The notes under the pieces are model-generated. The model made no database searches, was not told the DNA's origin, and worked only from the letters and a program-made list of their open reading frames with translations. Below, in pieces: positions 18,838 to 27,747 of a stretch of 64,000 nt of DNA (the stretch's first letter is position 1; every line of letters starts with the position of its first letter). The stretch comes from Bacteroidales bacterium. GTDB taxonomy: Bacteria; Bacteroidota; Bacteroidia; Bacteroidales; WCHB1-69. Location: NCBI GenBank assembly GCA_017395245.1, contig JAFPVR010000107.1:9575-73574 (forward strand), in the 5' to 3' direction. A program made the position numbers and the translations under genes.

Positions 18838-18845
18838 CAAAAGTA
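18838..18845 (-). promoter_or_regulatory. -7 box TACTTTTG
   Basis: Consensus motif about 25 nt upstream of the proposed GTG start. Confidence 0.5.
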
Positions 18846-18857
18846 CAATTTTTTAGG

Positions 18858-19409
18858 TTAGGAGGGTCGGCATTCCTGCCGACTGTCGTAGCTCAAAATT
18901 TCGTCAATGGAACGGTCGTGGGGCTCGGAAGGGACCTCCGGCACCAGCTGGAAGTCGAAGCAGAGGCCGATAGTGCGGGTATGCGGGTGCTGAGCTAAGA
19001 AACGGTCGTAGTAGCCGCGTCCGCGGCCGAGACGATGCCCTTCGCTGTCGAAGGCCATGCCGGGTACCACAATCAGGTCGAAATCGCCGGTGTAGGGATG
19101 GTTCTGCGGTTCAGGAATGTGGAAGTCCCCTTCGGCAAATACTGTGTCATTGGCCAGCTCCACTGGGATGATATCGTCGCCGACCACGGTGGGCAGGATG
19201 AGGGTTTTCTGGTGACGCCACTCTTCGATAAACATCAGGGTTTGCACTTCGTCGGGCAGGGAGGCGTAGAGCATCACCCGTTCGGCTTGGCGGAAGTGCG
19301 GATTGTCAGCGAGTTTGCGCAGCACCGCCTCCGACTGCAGGCGCAGTTCTTCCGGGGTGTGCTGCTTTTTGGCGGTGCGGATGCTTTGCCGCAAGGTTTT
19401 CTTATCCAT
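18858..19409 (-). CDS. 5-formyltetrahydrofolate cyclo-ligase
   Basis: MDKKTLRQSIR...GMAFDSEGHRLGRGRGYYDRFL. The start is trimmed to the ATG at 19409, because the track extension overlaps purC. Confidence 0.8.
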   Translation of the reverse strand: MDKKTLRQSIRTAKKQHTPEELRLQSEAVLRKLADNPHFRQAERVMLYASLPDEVQTLMFIEEWRHQKTLILPTVVGDDIIPVELANDTVFAEGDFHIPEPQNHPYTGDFDLIVVPGMAFDSEGHRLGRGRGYYDRFLAQHPHTRTIGLCFDFQLVPEVPSEPHDRSIDEILSYDSRQECRPS

Positions 19410-20124
19410 TCTGTAATACGTTTTCAAGTCTTGCGAGCACCTCTTTATAGGCCGTCTCCACATCGCCGAGGTCGCGGCGGAAAAGGTCTCGGTCGAGGTG
19501 TTCGTGGCTTTCGGAGTCCCAAAAACGCGCAGTGTCAGGTGATATCTCGTCAATGAGCATCAAGTTGCCTTCCGTGTCGAAACCGAACTCCACCTTGAAG
19601 TCAATGAGGTCGATATGCGACTTCTTCAGTAAGTTTTTCAGCAACTCGTTGATTTTCTTTAGGATGACAAGAATCTGGTTCAGTGTCTCCTCTTTGGCGA
19701 TACCCAATCCTTCCACGTGGTAGCGGTTAATCATGGGGTCTCGAAGGACATCGCTTTTCAGGCAGATTTCGTAGATGGGCTGTTCGGGTACGGTACCTTC
19801 TTCAATGTCGAGGCGGCGGGAGAGCGACCCTGCGATGATGTTGCGCACGATGAACTCCAACGGCAGGGTGGTGGCTCGGCGGCAAAGTTGTTCGCTTTCG
19901 TCAAGTTGCTCCACAAAGTGGGTGTAGATGCCGTTTTTTTCCAGATATTTGAAAATCAATGCTGAAATCTTGTTGTTCAGCATCCCTTTGTTTGGAATCA
20001 CCGACTTCTTCACCCCGAAATAGGCCGTTTCATCGTCTTTGTAGGTCATAATGATGAAATTCTGGCTCTCGGTGGCGAAAATCTGTTTCGACTTGCCGTT
20101 ATATATCAGTGTCTGTTTTTTCAT
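19402..20124 (-). CDS. purC: SAICAR synthetase
   Basis: MKKQTLIYNGKSKQIFATE...LEFIVRNIIAGS... is typical PurC. Confidence 0.9.
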   Translation of the reverse strand: MKKQTLIYNGKSKQIFATESQNFIIMTYKDDETAYFGVKKSVIPNKGMLNNKISALIFKYLEKNGIYTHFVEQLDESEQLCRRATTLPLEFIVRNIIAGSLSRRLDIEEGTVPEQPIYEICLKSDVLRDPMINRYHVEGLGIAKEETLNQILVILKKINELLKNLLKKSHIDLIDFKVEFGFDTEGNLMLIDEISPDTARFWDSESHEHLDRDLFRRDLGDVETAYKEVLARLENVLQNG

Positions 20125-20500
20125 TTTCCTTCTTCAACAGGACAATCTCAAAGATGGCGTAGAGGAAATAAATCACCATGAAAGCGATGGCAAACTTGAT
20201 GGAATCTTCGCGATTCAGAAACATGTAGAGCAAAAGGAAAAGCAGGCAGGAGAGGAGTTTTACGGTGCGGGAGAGCATGTAGGAGGAGACGAACTTTTTG
20301 CCGTCGCGTCCACTGTCGTCACGCAGCACGATGTACATGGTGAGGAGGGTTATTACGAAGAAGAAGAGCACGATGAACGGCAGCGCGGGGGTGGCGAGCT
20401 GCGGCCAAAGCCACTGGAATAGCACTGCGAGGCCGGCCACAATGACCGAGAACACGATGATGCGGAAGGAAAATTTCCTAATCGGTATTTTTTTGCTCAT
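20099..20500 (-). CDS. Hypothetical 4-TM membrane protein
   Basis: A hydrophobic 133-aa ORF that overlaps both neighbours by about 23 nt. Confidence 0.55.
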   Translation of the reverse strand: MSKKIPIRKFSFRIIVFSVIVAGLAVLFQWLWPQLATPALPFIVLFFFVITLLTMYIVLRDDSGRDGKKFVSSYMLSRTVKLLSCLLFLLLYMFLNREDSIKFAIAFMVIYFLYAIFEIVLLKKENEKTDTDI

Positions 20501-20735
20501 TTTTCGGTTTCTTTTGGGGTTTCAACGAGGATCGAATCATCAGGTAGAGCGATATGGCTATGCCGGCAAGGGAAAGTACAATGGTAAACAACGGACTGGT
20601 ATCCAGCCATTTGTCCACTTTAACCCCTCCGAACACGCCCAAAGCGATAACGGCACCCATCTCAAAGGCCAGGTTGGTATAGGTGGCGTACTGATGGATG
20701 GGGGAGCTTTTCTTCGGGGTTCCCGTTCCGGCCAT
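20478..20735 (-). CDS. AtpZ/AtpI-like small membrane protein
   Basis: ...YATYTNLAFEMGAVIALGVFGGVKVDKWL... resembles the AtpZ family. 85 aa, 2 TM segments. Confidence 0.55.
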   Translation of the reverse strand: MAGTGTPKKSSPIHQYATYTNLAFEMGAVIALGVFGGVKVDKWLDTSPLFTIVLSLAGIAISLYLMIRSSLKPQKKPKNEQKNTD

Positions 20736-20738
20736 GGA

Positions 20739-21134
20739 TTACTTGCGCTCGGGTTGCGGGGCGGGTTGCGGGGCTGCCGGACGGTTGTTGCGCATCTTGC
20801 AGTTGCCGGAAAATTCGGCACCCGGTTCGATGGCGATTTTGCCTGTCTCGATGTTACCGATGAGGTTGGCGGTGGCTTTCAGGGAGACCAGCTCCGAAAC
20901 CAGCAGCGACTCGGCTTTCACCGTGCCCTCGATCTCGATATTGGCGCATTTGATGTTGCCTTCCACAATGCCGCTGCGCCCGACGATGATTTTGGCCTTG
21001 CTTTCGATATTGCCGCGCAAGGCGCCGTCGATGCGGCAGTCGGAGGCGGTAATCATATTGCCCTGCAGCTGCGTGCCTTGGGCAATGACGTTGACGGTGC
21101 TTCCACCGATTTCGCGAGTATCATTATCTCTCAT
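20739..21134 (-). CDS. Bactofilin (polymer-forming cytoskeletal protein)
   Basis: Beta-helix repeat pattern (...GNMITASDCRIDGALRGNIESKAKIIVGRSGIVEGNIKCANIEIEGTV...) with a Pro-rich tail. Confidence 0.75.
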   Translation of the reverse strand: MRDNDTREIGGSTVNVIAQGTQLQGNMITASDCRIDGALRGNIESKAKIIVGRSGIVEGNIKCANIEIEGTVKAESLLVSELVSLKATANLIGNIETGKIAIEPGAEFSGNCKMRNNRPAAPQPAPQPERK

Positions 21135-21146
21135 AATCTTCGTGTT

Positions 21147-23837
21147 TTATTTCTTAAGGTAATTTTCGTTGAAAAATGCAGGATACGTATTCCGTTCACC
21201 ACGTTTGTTGTAGAATGTGGTATAGTTGGTCGAACTCATGGCGTAAGGCTCAATGGTCCCACTTTCAATACTTGATTGGAACGTGCTGTCTTTCAAGAAG
21301 ATGTTGTAATAGTCCATGGCTTCCGAGCTGTTTTCGAACTTGGAAATTGTAATCATCTGACGTGTGTTGTCAATAAAGAAACTGCTGATAGTGAGTTTCT
21401 TAAGACTGAAGTTCGTGTTATTGAATGTGTTAACGCTTTGCTTAATGGTCTGCAATGGCAGTTCGGCGGTCTTCACCAACAGGATGATGTAATGTTGCTC
21501 ACTGGGATTGAAGGTGAACACGCTTGCCTTCGGGGTGTTGTCAGCTTGTATGGACTCCTGCAGTTTTGCCTGCTGGGCGGTGTCTTGCTCAATGCCTAAC
21601 GCCTTGTTGATCTGAGCCGGCGAGTAGTTGGCTAAGAAGTAGCGGGCGAGTTCTGCCACAGGCTGTTGCGCGTAGTTCTTGACGATGTTGGTCATTCCCA
21701 CGATGAGTGTGTCATTGTTGTAGATTTGGCCGGCGGCGATAGCGCGCAGGTAAGCATACTGCGACAGCAAGGTCTCGTCGGGGCAGTTGGGGATGGCGGC
21801 ATCAGCGGCGGCGACCACATTGCGCCAACGTTTCTGGGTGAAGTCCTCATACACCTGCTCATATTGCCGTTCCAGTGTTTTCTCCCGCTCTGCCAGCTTG
21901 TTATAGTACTGCGGATCTTGAATCAGCTTGGCGTAGTCGGTTTCGGCATATTGCGTCAGGAGGATGTTTTTGTAGGTATCCGACTTGGGGTCGTTGATTT
22001 TCTTGTAGAGGGTGTAGAGCATGAAGATGGAGGGGAGGGCGTACTCGCTTTTCGGGTAGCGTTGCAGCAAAGATTCAAAGGAGGCGCAGGCACGCTTGGT
22101 GTCGCTCAGCAAATCCTGGTACATGAAGCCTGTTTCGTATAAATCTTTGGCAATGATGGCGTTGGCCGTGTCTTTTGCCCCTTGGGTAAGTGGGAGATCT
22201 TGCAAGTAGTAGGCCTCTTTTTTCGGGTCGGTCTCCCGTTTGGGAATCGGGTTGCCGTCTTCGTCGTAGTCTACTGTATCGTTGGCTAATGACGGGTCGT
22301 TCATCAGGGCCATATCGTCGAACGAGATCTGTGTCTTGTTGCTGATGAACCAGTTATCCTCCAACTTTCGGTTGCCGAACCGGCGGTAGAAGTCTTGTTG
22401 GCCGGCAGTCACCAACGACTGGTTGTAGAAGTACCATTTGCCGTTGGAGTTGCTTTGGTTGTTGATGTTGGTGTAGGAAGCGGCATTCTGCATGGCGAGC
22501 ATGCGTTCGGCCTCTTCTTCGGCGGCCTTGCGTTCGGCTTCGGTGTAGTCGGCAATCATCTTCCGCACCCACGCATTGCGCTGTCCCTCAGGCAGGCTCG
22601 CGATGCGCAGGAGGCTGTCCTGAAGGTCGATTTCTTCGAGTTTGTCCACCAGGTCTTTGAGCACGTTCGCTTTTTTCTGCAGTTCCTCGTAGTTCGGGTA
22701 GTTCTTCGGGATGCTCATCATGGCGGTGTCGTAATAGTGTTGCGCTTCGCGGTATTCGTTGTCCTCGAAGTAAAGGTCAGCCAAGGTGATGCTGGAGTAA
22801 GTTTTCTGGTAGTGGTTTTCGGTGGAAGCGGACACGGACTTGGCTAAGTAATCCATACGCAGGGCATCGTCTTCGTCAATGCGGGCGATTTCAGAAAAGG
22901 CATAGTAGATTTGGTCGCGATAGTCCTCGTTCTTCTTGTCTTCCAGCATTTTGTTGAGTTGCTTGGTGATGGCGTTGCGGTTGCTTTCGGTACCGTCGTA
23001 GTTGGCGGCGAGGTGCATCTGGGCGCAGAAGGTCATCTCATAGTTGTTGGATTTGTTGATGACGGTCTTGAAGTTTTTCTGGGCCTCCGCCTGCTGTCCA
23101 AGTTGTTCATAAAGTTCGCCGAGGATGAGTTGCAGTCGGGTGCGGAACTCGCGTTTGGGTTTGTTGGCGATAGCGTTGCCGAGATAGTCGATAGCCTCCT
23201 GCACGTCACCGTCGGGGGCGGTGAGGTGGTATTCCGCCTTGGCCGCATTGAAGAGCACTGCGAATTTCTTGTTGTTCTTCTTGTCGTTCATGTAGCGGAT
23301 GGTCTCCAACAGCTCGTCGGCGCTGGCGTAATAACCTTGCCGCATTTGGGTACGGGCGAGCAGTACTTCAGCCTCGTTGAGGACGTTTGACTTGGGGTAA
23401 GTGTGCACGATGTAGTTCAGCACGCGTTGCGCCTGTATGTAATCCTGCTTGTAGAAGTAGGATTTGGCCATCAGGAAGTAGGCGTCGTCAATGGTTTTCA
23501 CGTACTCCTTGCCCTTGATCATCATGGAGTGTTTGTGGATGGCCTTTGACGCTTTTTCGATGGTGCGGTCGAGGTGCGAGAGGCACGGACCGAGGTCGCT
23601 CTTGTCGGGGTAGTTGTAGACCGGTAGGGTGGCCGTATAGTTGTCCTTCGAGAGCTTGGCCAGCTCTTTCTCGGCATCTTTCATCGCTTGGTTGCCGTTC
23701 CAATATACATTGTACCTGCAAGTTACGTTATGGTAGGCGCGGTTCGGGAAGGTGTTTTTGGACGTAGAGCAACCCGTCAGCGCCGCGGTCAGCAGCCCGA
23801 TGCACAATATCGCGAACAGTTTTGTTTTCTTTCTCAA
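21147..23837 (-). CDS. porW: TPR lipoprotein, PorW/SprE-like T9SS component
   Basis: Lipobox LTGCSTSKNTFPNRAYHNVTCRYNVYWNG, as I recall for the SprE/PorW N-terminus. The body is TPR-like and 896 aa long. The start is TTG. Confidence 0.6.
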   Translation of the reverse strand: MRKKTKLFAILCIGLLTAALTGCSTSKNTFPNRAYHNVTCRYNVYWNGNQAMKDAEKELAKLSKDNYTATLPVYNYPDKSDLGPCLSHLDRTIEKASKAIHKHSMMIKGKEYVKTIDDAYFLMAKSYFYKQDYIQAQRVLNYIVHTYPKSNVLNEAEVLLARTQMRQGYYASADELLETIRYMNDKKNNKKFAVLFNAAKAEYHLTAPDGDVQEAIDYLGNAIANKPKREFRTRLQLILGELYEQLGQQAEAQKNFKTVINKSNNYEMTFCAQMHLAANYDGTESNRNAITKQLNKMLEDKKNEDYRDQIYYAFSEIARIDEDDALRMDYLAKSVSASTENHYQKTYSSITLADLYFEDNEYREAQHYYDTAMMSIPKNYPNYEELQKKANVLKDLVDKLEEIDLQDSLLRIASLPEGQRNAWVRKMIADYTEAERKAAEEEAERMLAMQNAASYTNINNQSNSNGKWYFYNQSLVTAGQQDFYRRFGNRKLEDNWFISNKTQISFDDMALMNDPSLANDTVDYDEDGNPIPKRETDPKKEAYYLQDLPLTQGAKDTANAIIAKDLYETGFMYQDLLSDTKRACASFESLLQRYPKSEYALPSIFMLYTLYKKINDPKSDTYKNILLTQYAETDYAKLIQDPQYYNKLAEREKTLERQYEQVYEDFTQKRWRNVVAAADAAIPNCPDETLLSQYAYLRAIAAGQIYNNDTLIVGMTNIVKNYAQQPVAELARYFLANYSPAQINKALGIEQDTAQQAKLQESIQADNTPKASVFTFNPSEQHYIILLVKTAELPLQTIKQSVNTFNNTNFSLKKLTISSFFIDNTRQMITISKFENSSEAMDYYNIFLKDSTFQSSIESGTIEPYAMSSTNYTTFYNKRGERNTYPAFFNENYLKK

Positions 23838-23883
23838 TGATCCGGATTTTTAGTGAGGCGTGATTAACGTAGTTTAGGCGATT

Positions 23884-24495
23884 TTATTTTTCCCGGTTGG
23901 CAAAATATTCTTCCAGGAGGCGTTGCACGTATTTGCCGAAGACGTCGAACTCAATGTTGACGACGCTTCCGGGCTTGAAATTGTGGAAGTTAGTGACTTT
24001 GTAGGTGTAGGGGATGATGGCCACGGAGAAGCGTCCCTTTTCGGAATCGACTACCGTGAGGCTGACGCCGTTGACGGAAATGGAACCTTTCGGCACGGTG
24101 AAGTTGTTCTTTTCGGGGTCGTAGGTGAAGTAGAAGCGCCAGCTGCCGTCCTCATCGACCACCTTTTCGCACACGGCGGTCTGGTCCACATGCCCTTGCA
24201 CGATATGTCCGTCGAAGCGGCCGTCCATGCGCATGCTGCGTTCGAGGTTCACCTCATCGCCCACCTTCCAGGTGCCGAGGTTGGTTTTCAGCATGGTCTC
24301 CTCCATCGCAGTAACCACATACTGTTTCTTCTCCTTGTCTAACTTGACCACGGTAAGGCAGCAGCCGTCGTGGGCCATGCTCTGGTCGATGCTGAGCTCG
24401 TCGGCGAAATCAACTTCCAAGGTGAAGTGGAAGTTGGTCCGGTCCTTTTCAATATTGACGATTTTCCCTGTTTTTTCTATAATTCCAGTGAACAT
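23884..24495 (-). CDS. ribE: Riboflavin synthase
   Basis: MFTGIIEKTGKI...two lumazine-binding repeats. The track start at 24630 runs through the promoter and REPs, so I trimmed it to the ATG at 24495. Confidence 0.9.
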   Translation of the reverse strand: MFTGIIEKTGKIVNIEKDRTNFHFTLEVDFADELSIDQSMAHDGCCLTVVKLDKEKKQYVVTAMEETMLKTNLGTWKVGDEVNLERSMRMDGRFDGHIVQGHVDQTAVCEKVVDEDGSWRFYFTYDPEKNNFTVPKGSISVNGVSLTVVDSEKGRFSVAIIPYTYKVTNFHNFKPGSVVNIEFDVFGKYVQRLLEEYFANREK

Positions 24496-24517
24496 ACTTA
24501 TCCAAAAATAAAACCTG

Positions 24518-24525
24518 CAAAGATA
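24518..24525 (-). promoter_or_regulatory. -7 box TATCTTTG
   Basis: It lies 23 nt upstream of the ribE ATG. Confidence 0.55.
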
Positions 24526-24539
24526 CAAAATTTTCAACA

Positions 24540-24790
24540 TAGGAGCTTCGGCATTCTTGCCGAAAATTTTAGGAGATTCGGCATTCCTGCCGAAAGTCGT
24601 TAATGTCGTTCTGTGGCATTCCTGCCGCACCTCCTATTTTAATGTGACAGGAATGCTGCGGTCCCTATTTAATGCGGCAGGAATGTCGCGGCTCATGTTT
24701 TAATGCGGCAAGAATGCCGCGGCTCATGTTTTAATGCGGCAAGAATGCCGCGGTTCATGTTTTAATGCGGCAGGAATGTCGCGGCTCCTA
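24540..24790. repeat. REP array (8 hairpin cores GGCATTCYTGCC / GGCARGAATGYC) flanking the RAYT 3' side
   Basis: Two TAGGAG-oriented units, one doublet, then five units with a 31-nt period (TTTTAATGCGGCAAGAATGCCGCGGCTCATG). Confidence 0.9.
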
Positions 24791-25454
24791 AAGTGTATTC
24801 GTCAGTATTTAAGTACTGTGGATTGTTTTGAATATAGGTTATGTAGTGCAGGAAGTTGTTGAAATTTCTCACCATGCGGTCGAATATACCCGATTGCCAA
24901 ATAGTGCCCTTTTGACCCAGAACCTTGTTGATAGAATGTGCGGAAAAGCCCTTCACTCTGGAAAATACGGTCGTGACATTATGTCCGTTCATGGGTGTGA
25001 GTAATACGTGAACATGGTTGGGCATAATGACATAGCAATGGAGGATATAGCGTTTCCCGTCATAGAATAGAAGAGCATCCTCTACAATTTTCCTTATATC
25101 GGGTCTTTTAAGAATGCAACTACCGTATCCCGCATCTATCCATCTGTCACACTTTACGAGAATGTTATGATCGTATTCTTCTTGTACCTCTTGGCTCCAG
25201 GGGTAAGGGTGTGCTTTCATCCATTCCTGTTTGTATGCTTTCAGTTCCTCAATTTTCGACTGTGGGATTGAATCTGCCAAACGGAATGTGACAAATTGCG
25301 TTTTACCGTCCTGATGCCAATGCGGCAGATTTGTCCCCCAAATGTTGACATATTTGTTTTTTTCGAGGAATTGATAGGGTCTTTGGCATTCTTGCCGAAG
25401 CCCGTTAGCGTCATTTTGCGACAAGAATGCCGCGGTTTTAAGTTTTGTCTTCAT
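24762..25454 (-). mobile_element. REP-associated tyrosine transposase (RAYT; IS200/IS605-type Y1 HUH transposase)
   Basis: ...NLPHWHQDGKTQFVTFRLADS..., HUH motif MPNHVHVLL, C-terminal Tyr motif LHYITYIQNNP. It is flanked by REP arrays. Both ends of the ORF overlap REPs, so the exact start is uncertain. Confidence 0.8.
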
Positions 25455-25542
25455 TTTTAGTTTTTGTATTAAACGTTACCTAACGTTGAAGCAGATAGGT
25501 TTATTGTATTCCTCAAAAATATACTTGTTGCTAAATGTGGCG

Positions 25543-25669
25543 TAGGAGTTTCGGCATTCTTGCCGAAAATTTTAGGAGTTTCGGCATTCTTGCCGAAAAT
25601 TTTAAGAGTTTCGGCATTCCTGCCGAAGGTTGTTAATAACGTTCTGCGGCAGGAATGCCGCAGCTCCTA
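25543..25669. repeat. REP array (3 direct 30-nt units plus 1 inverted, forming a REPIN-like doublet) on the RAYT 5' side
   Basis: TAGGAGTTTCGGCATTCTTGCCGAAAATTT x2, then TAAGAGTTTCGGCATTCCTGCCGAAGG...CTGCGGCAGGAATGCCGCAGCTCCTA. Confidence 0.9.
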
Positions 25670-25673
25670 TGAC

Positions 25674-25703
25674 AAAAAAAGGGACACCCCCAAAGGATGT
25701 CCC
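25674..25703 (-). terminator. Rho-independent terminator of the MFS gene
   Basis: On the minus strand: GGGACA-tcctttggggg-TGTCCC followed by TTTTTTT. Confidence 0.7.
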
Positions 25704-25717
25704 AGATTATGATTTTC

Positions 25718-25745
25718 GTAGAGACGCGGCGCGCCGCGTCTCTAC
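25718..25745. repeat. GTAGAGACGC palindrome family, copy 2
   Basis: GTAGAGACGCGGCGCGCCGCGTCTCTAC, 4 nt after the MFS stop. Confidence 0.85.
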
Positions 25746-25749
25746 ATAA

Positions 25750-27453
25750 TTATTTGATGTTCGGTTCTTCGAGACCGAGGTGCTGTTTCTTATCGACAGC
25801 CTTCAGGATGACACCGATGACGAGGGCGGCCACACCGAGGCAGGCGAGCATCACCAAAGCCCATGTGTAGTCGAGTTCGTGGGCGGCGGTGCCTGATTCG
25901 TTGGTGGCGTTGAGCACCTTGCCGATGAGCAGCGGGAAGAGCCACAAACCGATGTTCTGGATCCAGAAGATGAGGGCGTAAGCAGAACCGATAATCTTCT
26001 CGTCGACCAATTTCGGGACGCTCGGCCACAAAGCGGCGGGCACCAAGGAGAAGGAGGCACCGAGCACCAAAATGGTGAGGTAAGCTACGATGACACCACC
26101 GACGGCGTTGCCCTTGAACTGCGGCAGAATGAAAGCGAAGGTCAAGTGGCAGATAATCAGCAACAAAGAGCCAATCATCAACATGGAAGCGGCTTTACCC
26201 TTGTGGTCCACATAGTTACCAAGAATAGGCGTGATAGCCACGGCGAGCAGCGGGAAGACGGCGAAGATGGTCTCGGCGGTGCCGCGCATGAAGCCCATAT
26301 AGCAGTAAACGATCAAAGCCACAACAGCGATGGCCATCAGACCGATTTTGGCAGTTTTGTTCTTGGAGAAGTTGCTGGTGAAGGAGCAAGCAGCCACGAC
26401 CAACATCACCAGATATTGGATAATGGTCACGCTGTCGCCTGCCCAGAAACCGGTGCCGGGATTGAGCGTCAGGTTACATTGCAGCATGTTCACGGCATAT
26501 TTCTGGAACGGGAAGATAGCGCTGTAGTAAAGCACGCAGAGCAAAGCCACCAACCAGAAACCACCGGAAGAGAGAATTTTGCCGATGTCGGACACTTTGA
26601 ACGGATCATCTTTCTCTTCGGCCTCGCCGGTCTGGGCATCCAACTTCTTGTCCATGAAGAAATAGACGATGAACATCATCAAAGCAATACAAAGCAACAC
26701 CACGCCGAAAGCGACGGAACGGGAAACGTCCACAACGCCGCCTAACTTGGCGAAGAAGGGTGAGAAGATCATGCAGGTGGCGACACCCAGACGGGCGAGA
26801 GCCATCTCGGAACCCATGGCCAAAGCCGTCTCACGACCCTTGAACCATTTCACAATGCCGCGGGAGACTGTAATACCAGCCATCTCCACACCGCAACCGA
26901 AAATCATGAAGCCGATGGCGGCCACCTTGGCGGAAGCAGGCATCGTGGAGGTAATACGCAAGAATTCCATCGTGTTTGGATCGAATTTGACGGCATTGAT
27001 CTCTTTGACCACACCGTTGACCATCACTTCCCAACGCTCACCATAGAACGGAGCCACACCCAGTTCGTCAAAACCAGGGACATATAGGAAATGGGTGGTA
27101 AACCACTGTGCCAGACTTGAATCGATAAAAGCATCCGTCACAGCGTAGTACTTGATAAGACCACCTACCAGCATGACTGCACCGGACAGGATAGCGGTGA
27201 AACGAACGCCCATCTTATCCAGGATAATACCGGCAAAGATGAGGAAGAAGACGAACACGTTCAGGAACGTCTCAGCACCCTGCATGGTACCGAAGGCAAG
27301 GCTGTCCCATCCACGCTCGGTTTGCATCAAGTCCTTGATGGGGGACAGGATGTCCATGAAGATGTAGGAACAGAACATGGCCAAGGCCAGCAGCAACAAC
27401 GCGGTCCATCTCATGGCCGGGTTGTCTCTCAATGTTTGTAATTTTTCTTCCAT
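25750..27453 (-). CDS. MFS transporter (567 aa, with an extra loop/insert)
   Basis: A polytopic protein with an MFS-like N-terminal half (...FLIFAGIILDKMGVRFT...). Confidence 0.7.
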   Translation of the reverse strand: MEEKLQTLRDNPAMRWTALLLLALAMFCSYIFMDILSPIKDLMQTERGWDSLAFGTMQGAETFLNVFVFFLIFAGIILDKMGVRFTAILSGAVMLVGGLIKYYAVTDAFIDSSLAQWFTTHFLYVPGFDELGVAPFYGERWEVMVNGVVKEINAVKFDPNTMEFLRITSTMPASAKVAAIGFMIFGCGVEMAGITVSRGIVKWFKGRETALAMGSEMALARLGVATCMIFSPFFAKLGGVVDVSRSVAFGVVLLCIALMMFIVYFFMDKKLDAQTGEAEEKDDPFKVSDIGKILSSGGFWLVALLCVLYYSAIFPFQKYAVNMLQCNLTLNPGTGFWAGDSVTIIQYLVMLVVAACSFTSNFSKNKTAKIGLMAIAVVALIVYCYMGFMRGTAETIFAVFPLLAVAITPILGNYVDHKGKAASMLMIGSLLLIICHLTFAFILPQFKGNAVGGVIVAYLTILVLGASFSLVPAALWPSVPKLVDEKIIGSAYALIFWIQNIGLWLFPLLIGKVLNATNESGTAAHELDYTWALVMLACLGVAALVIGVILKAVDKKQHLGLEEPNIK

Positions 27454-27492
27454 AATGATTTATTTTAGTTAGAAATTATTTATCCAATATTG

Positions 27493-27519
27493 TTTGCGGC
27501 AAGAATGCCGCAGCTCCTA
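27493..27519. repeat. Solo REP (GCGGCAAGAATGCCGCAGCTCCTA)
   Basis: It has the same core as the RAYT-flanking REPs. Its CTCCTA tail supplies the TAG stop of the 76-aa gene on the minus strand. Confidence 0.8.
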
Positions 27520-27747
27520 TTTTTCGTTCCGGTTTTTGCTGGATTTTACGAGGTCGATGAGAATATATCCGGTCAACAAACCCCAAATGGCCATCAGAAT
27601 CGGGCTTTTTCTCAGGATGTTGGTGGAATATTGCCCGGATTTGTACCAATAGAGCAGCGAAAGCAGCACGCCGACCGCCATCGCGGCGACATGCAGCCAT
27701 GTGAGGTTCTTCTTCCAAAAATCGTTACTCTCCTTCTTCATGGACAA
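27517..27747 (-). CDS. Small 2-TM membrane protein, hypothetical
   Basis: A 76-aa ORF with two hydrophobic helices. It overlaps the upstream gene by 23 nt. Confidence 0.5.
   Translation of the reverse strand: MSMKKESNDFWKKNLTWLHVAAMAVGVLLSLLYWYKSGQYSTNILRKSPILMAIWGLLTGYILIDLVKSSKNRNEK

Noticed and set aside
24496-24540. FMN riboswitch upstream of ribE; B12 riboswitch upstream of nrdJ
   Set aside because: The ribE leader is only about 20 nt from -7 box to ATG, far too short for an FMN element. The nrdJ upstream region lies outside the window.
24496-24630. 5' extension of the ribE ORF
   Set aside because: The extension reads through the -7 promoter box and REP units (…FGKNAEAPMLKI…). Canonical RibE starts at MFTGIIE (24495). 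Similar trims were applied at 18813-18848, 19410-19553, 48683-48712 and 53959-54039.
24640-24790. Possible CRISPR array (regular 31-nt period)
   Set aside because: The units are contiguous with no unique spacers, each unit is a short REP hairpin, and no cas genes are present. The array flanks a RAYT, so it is a REP array.
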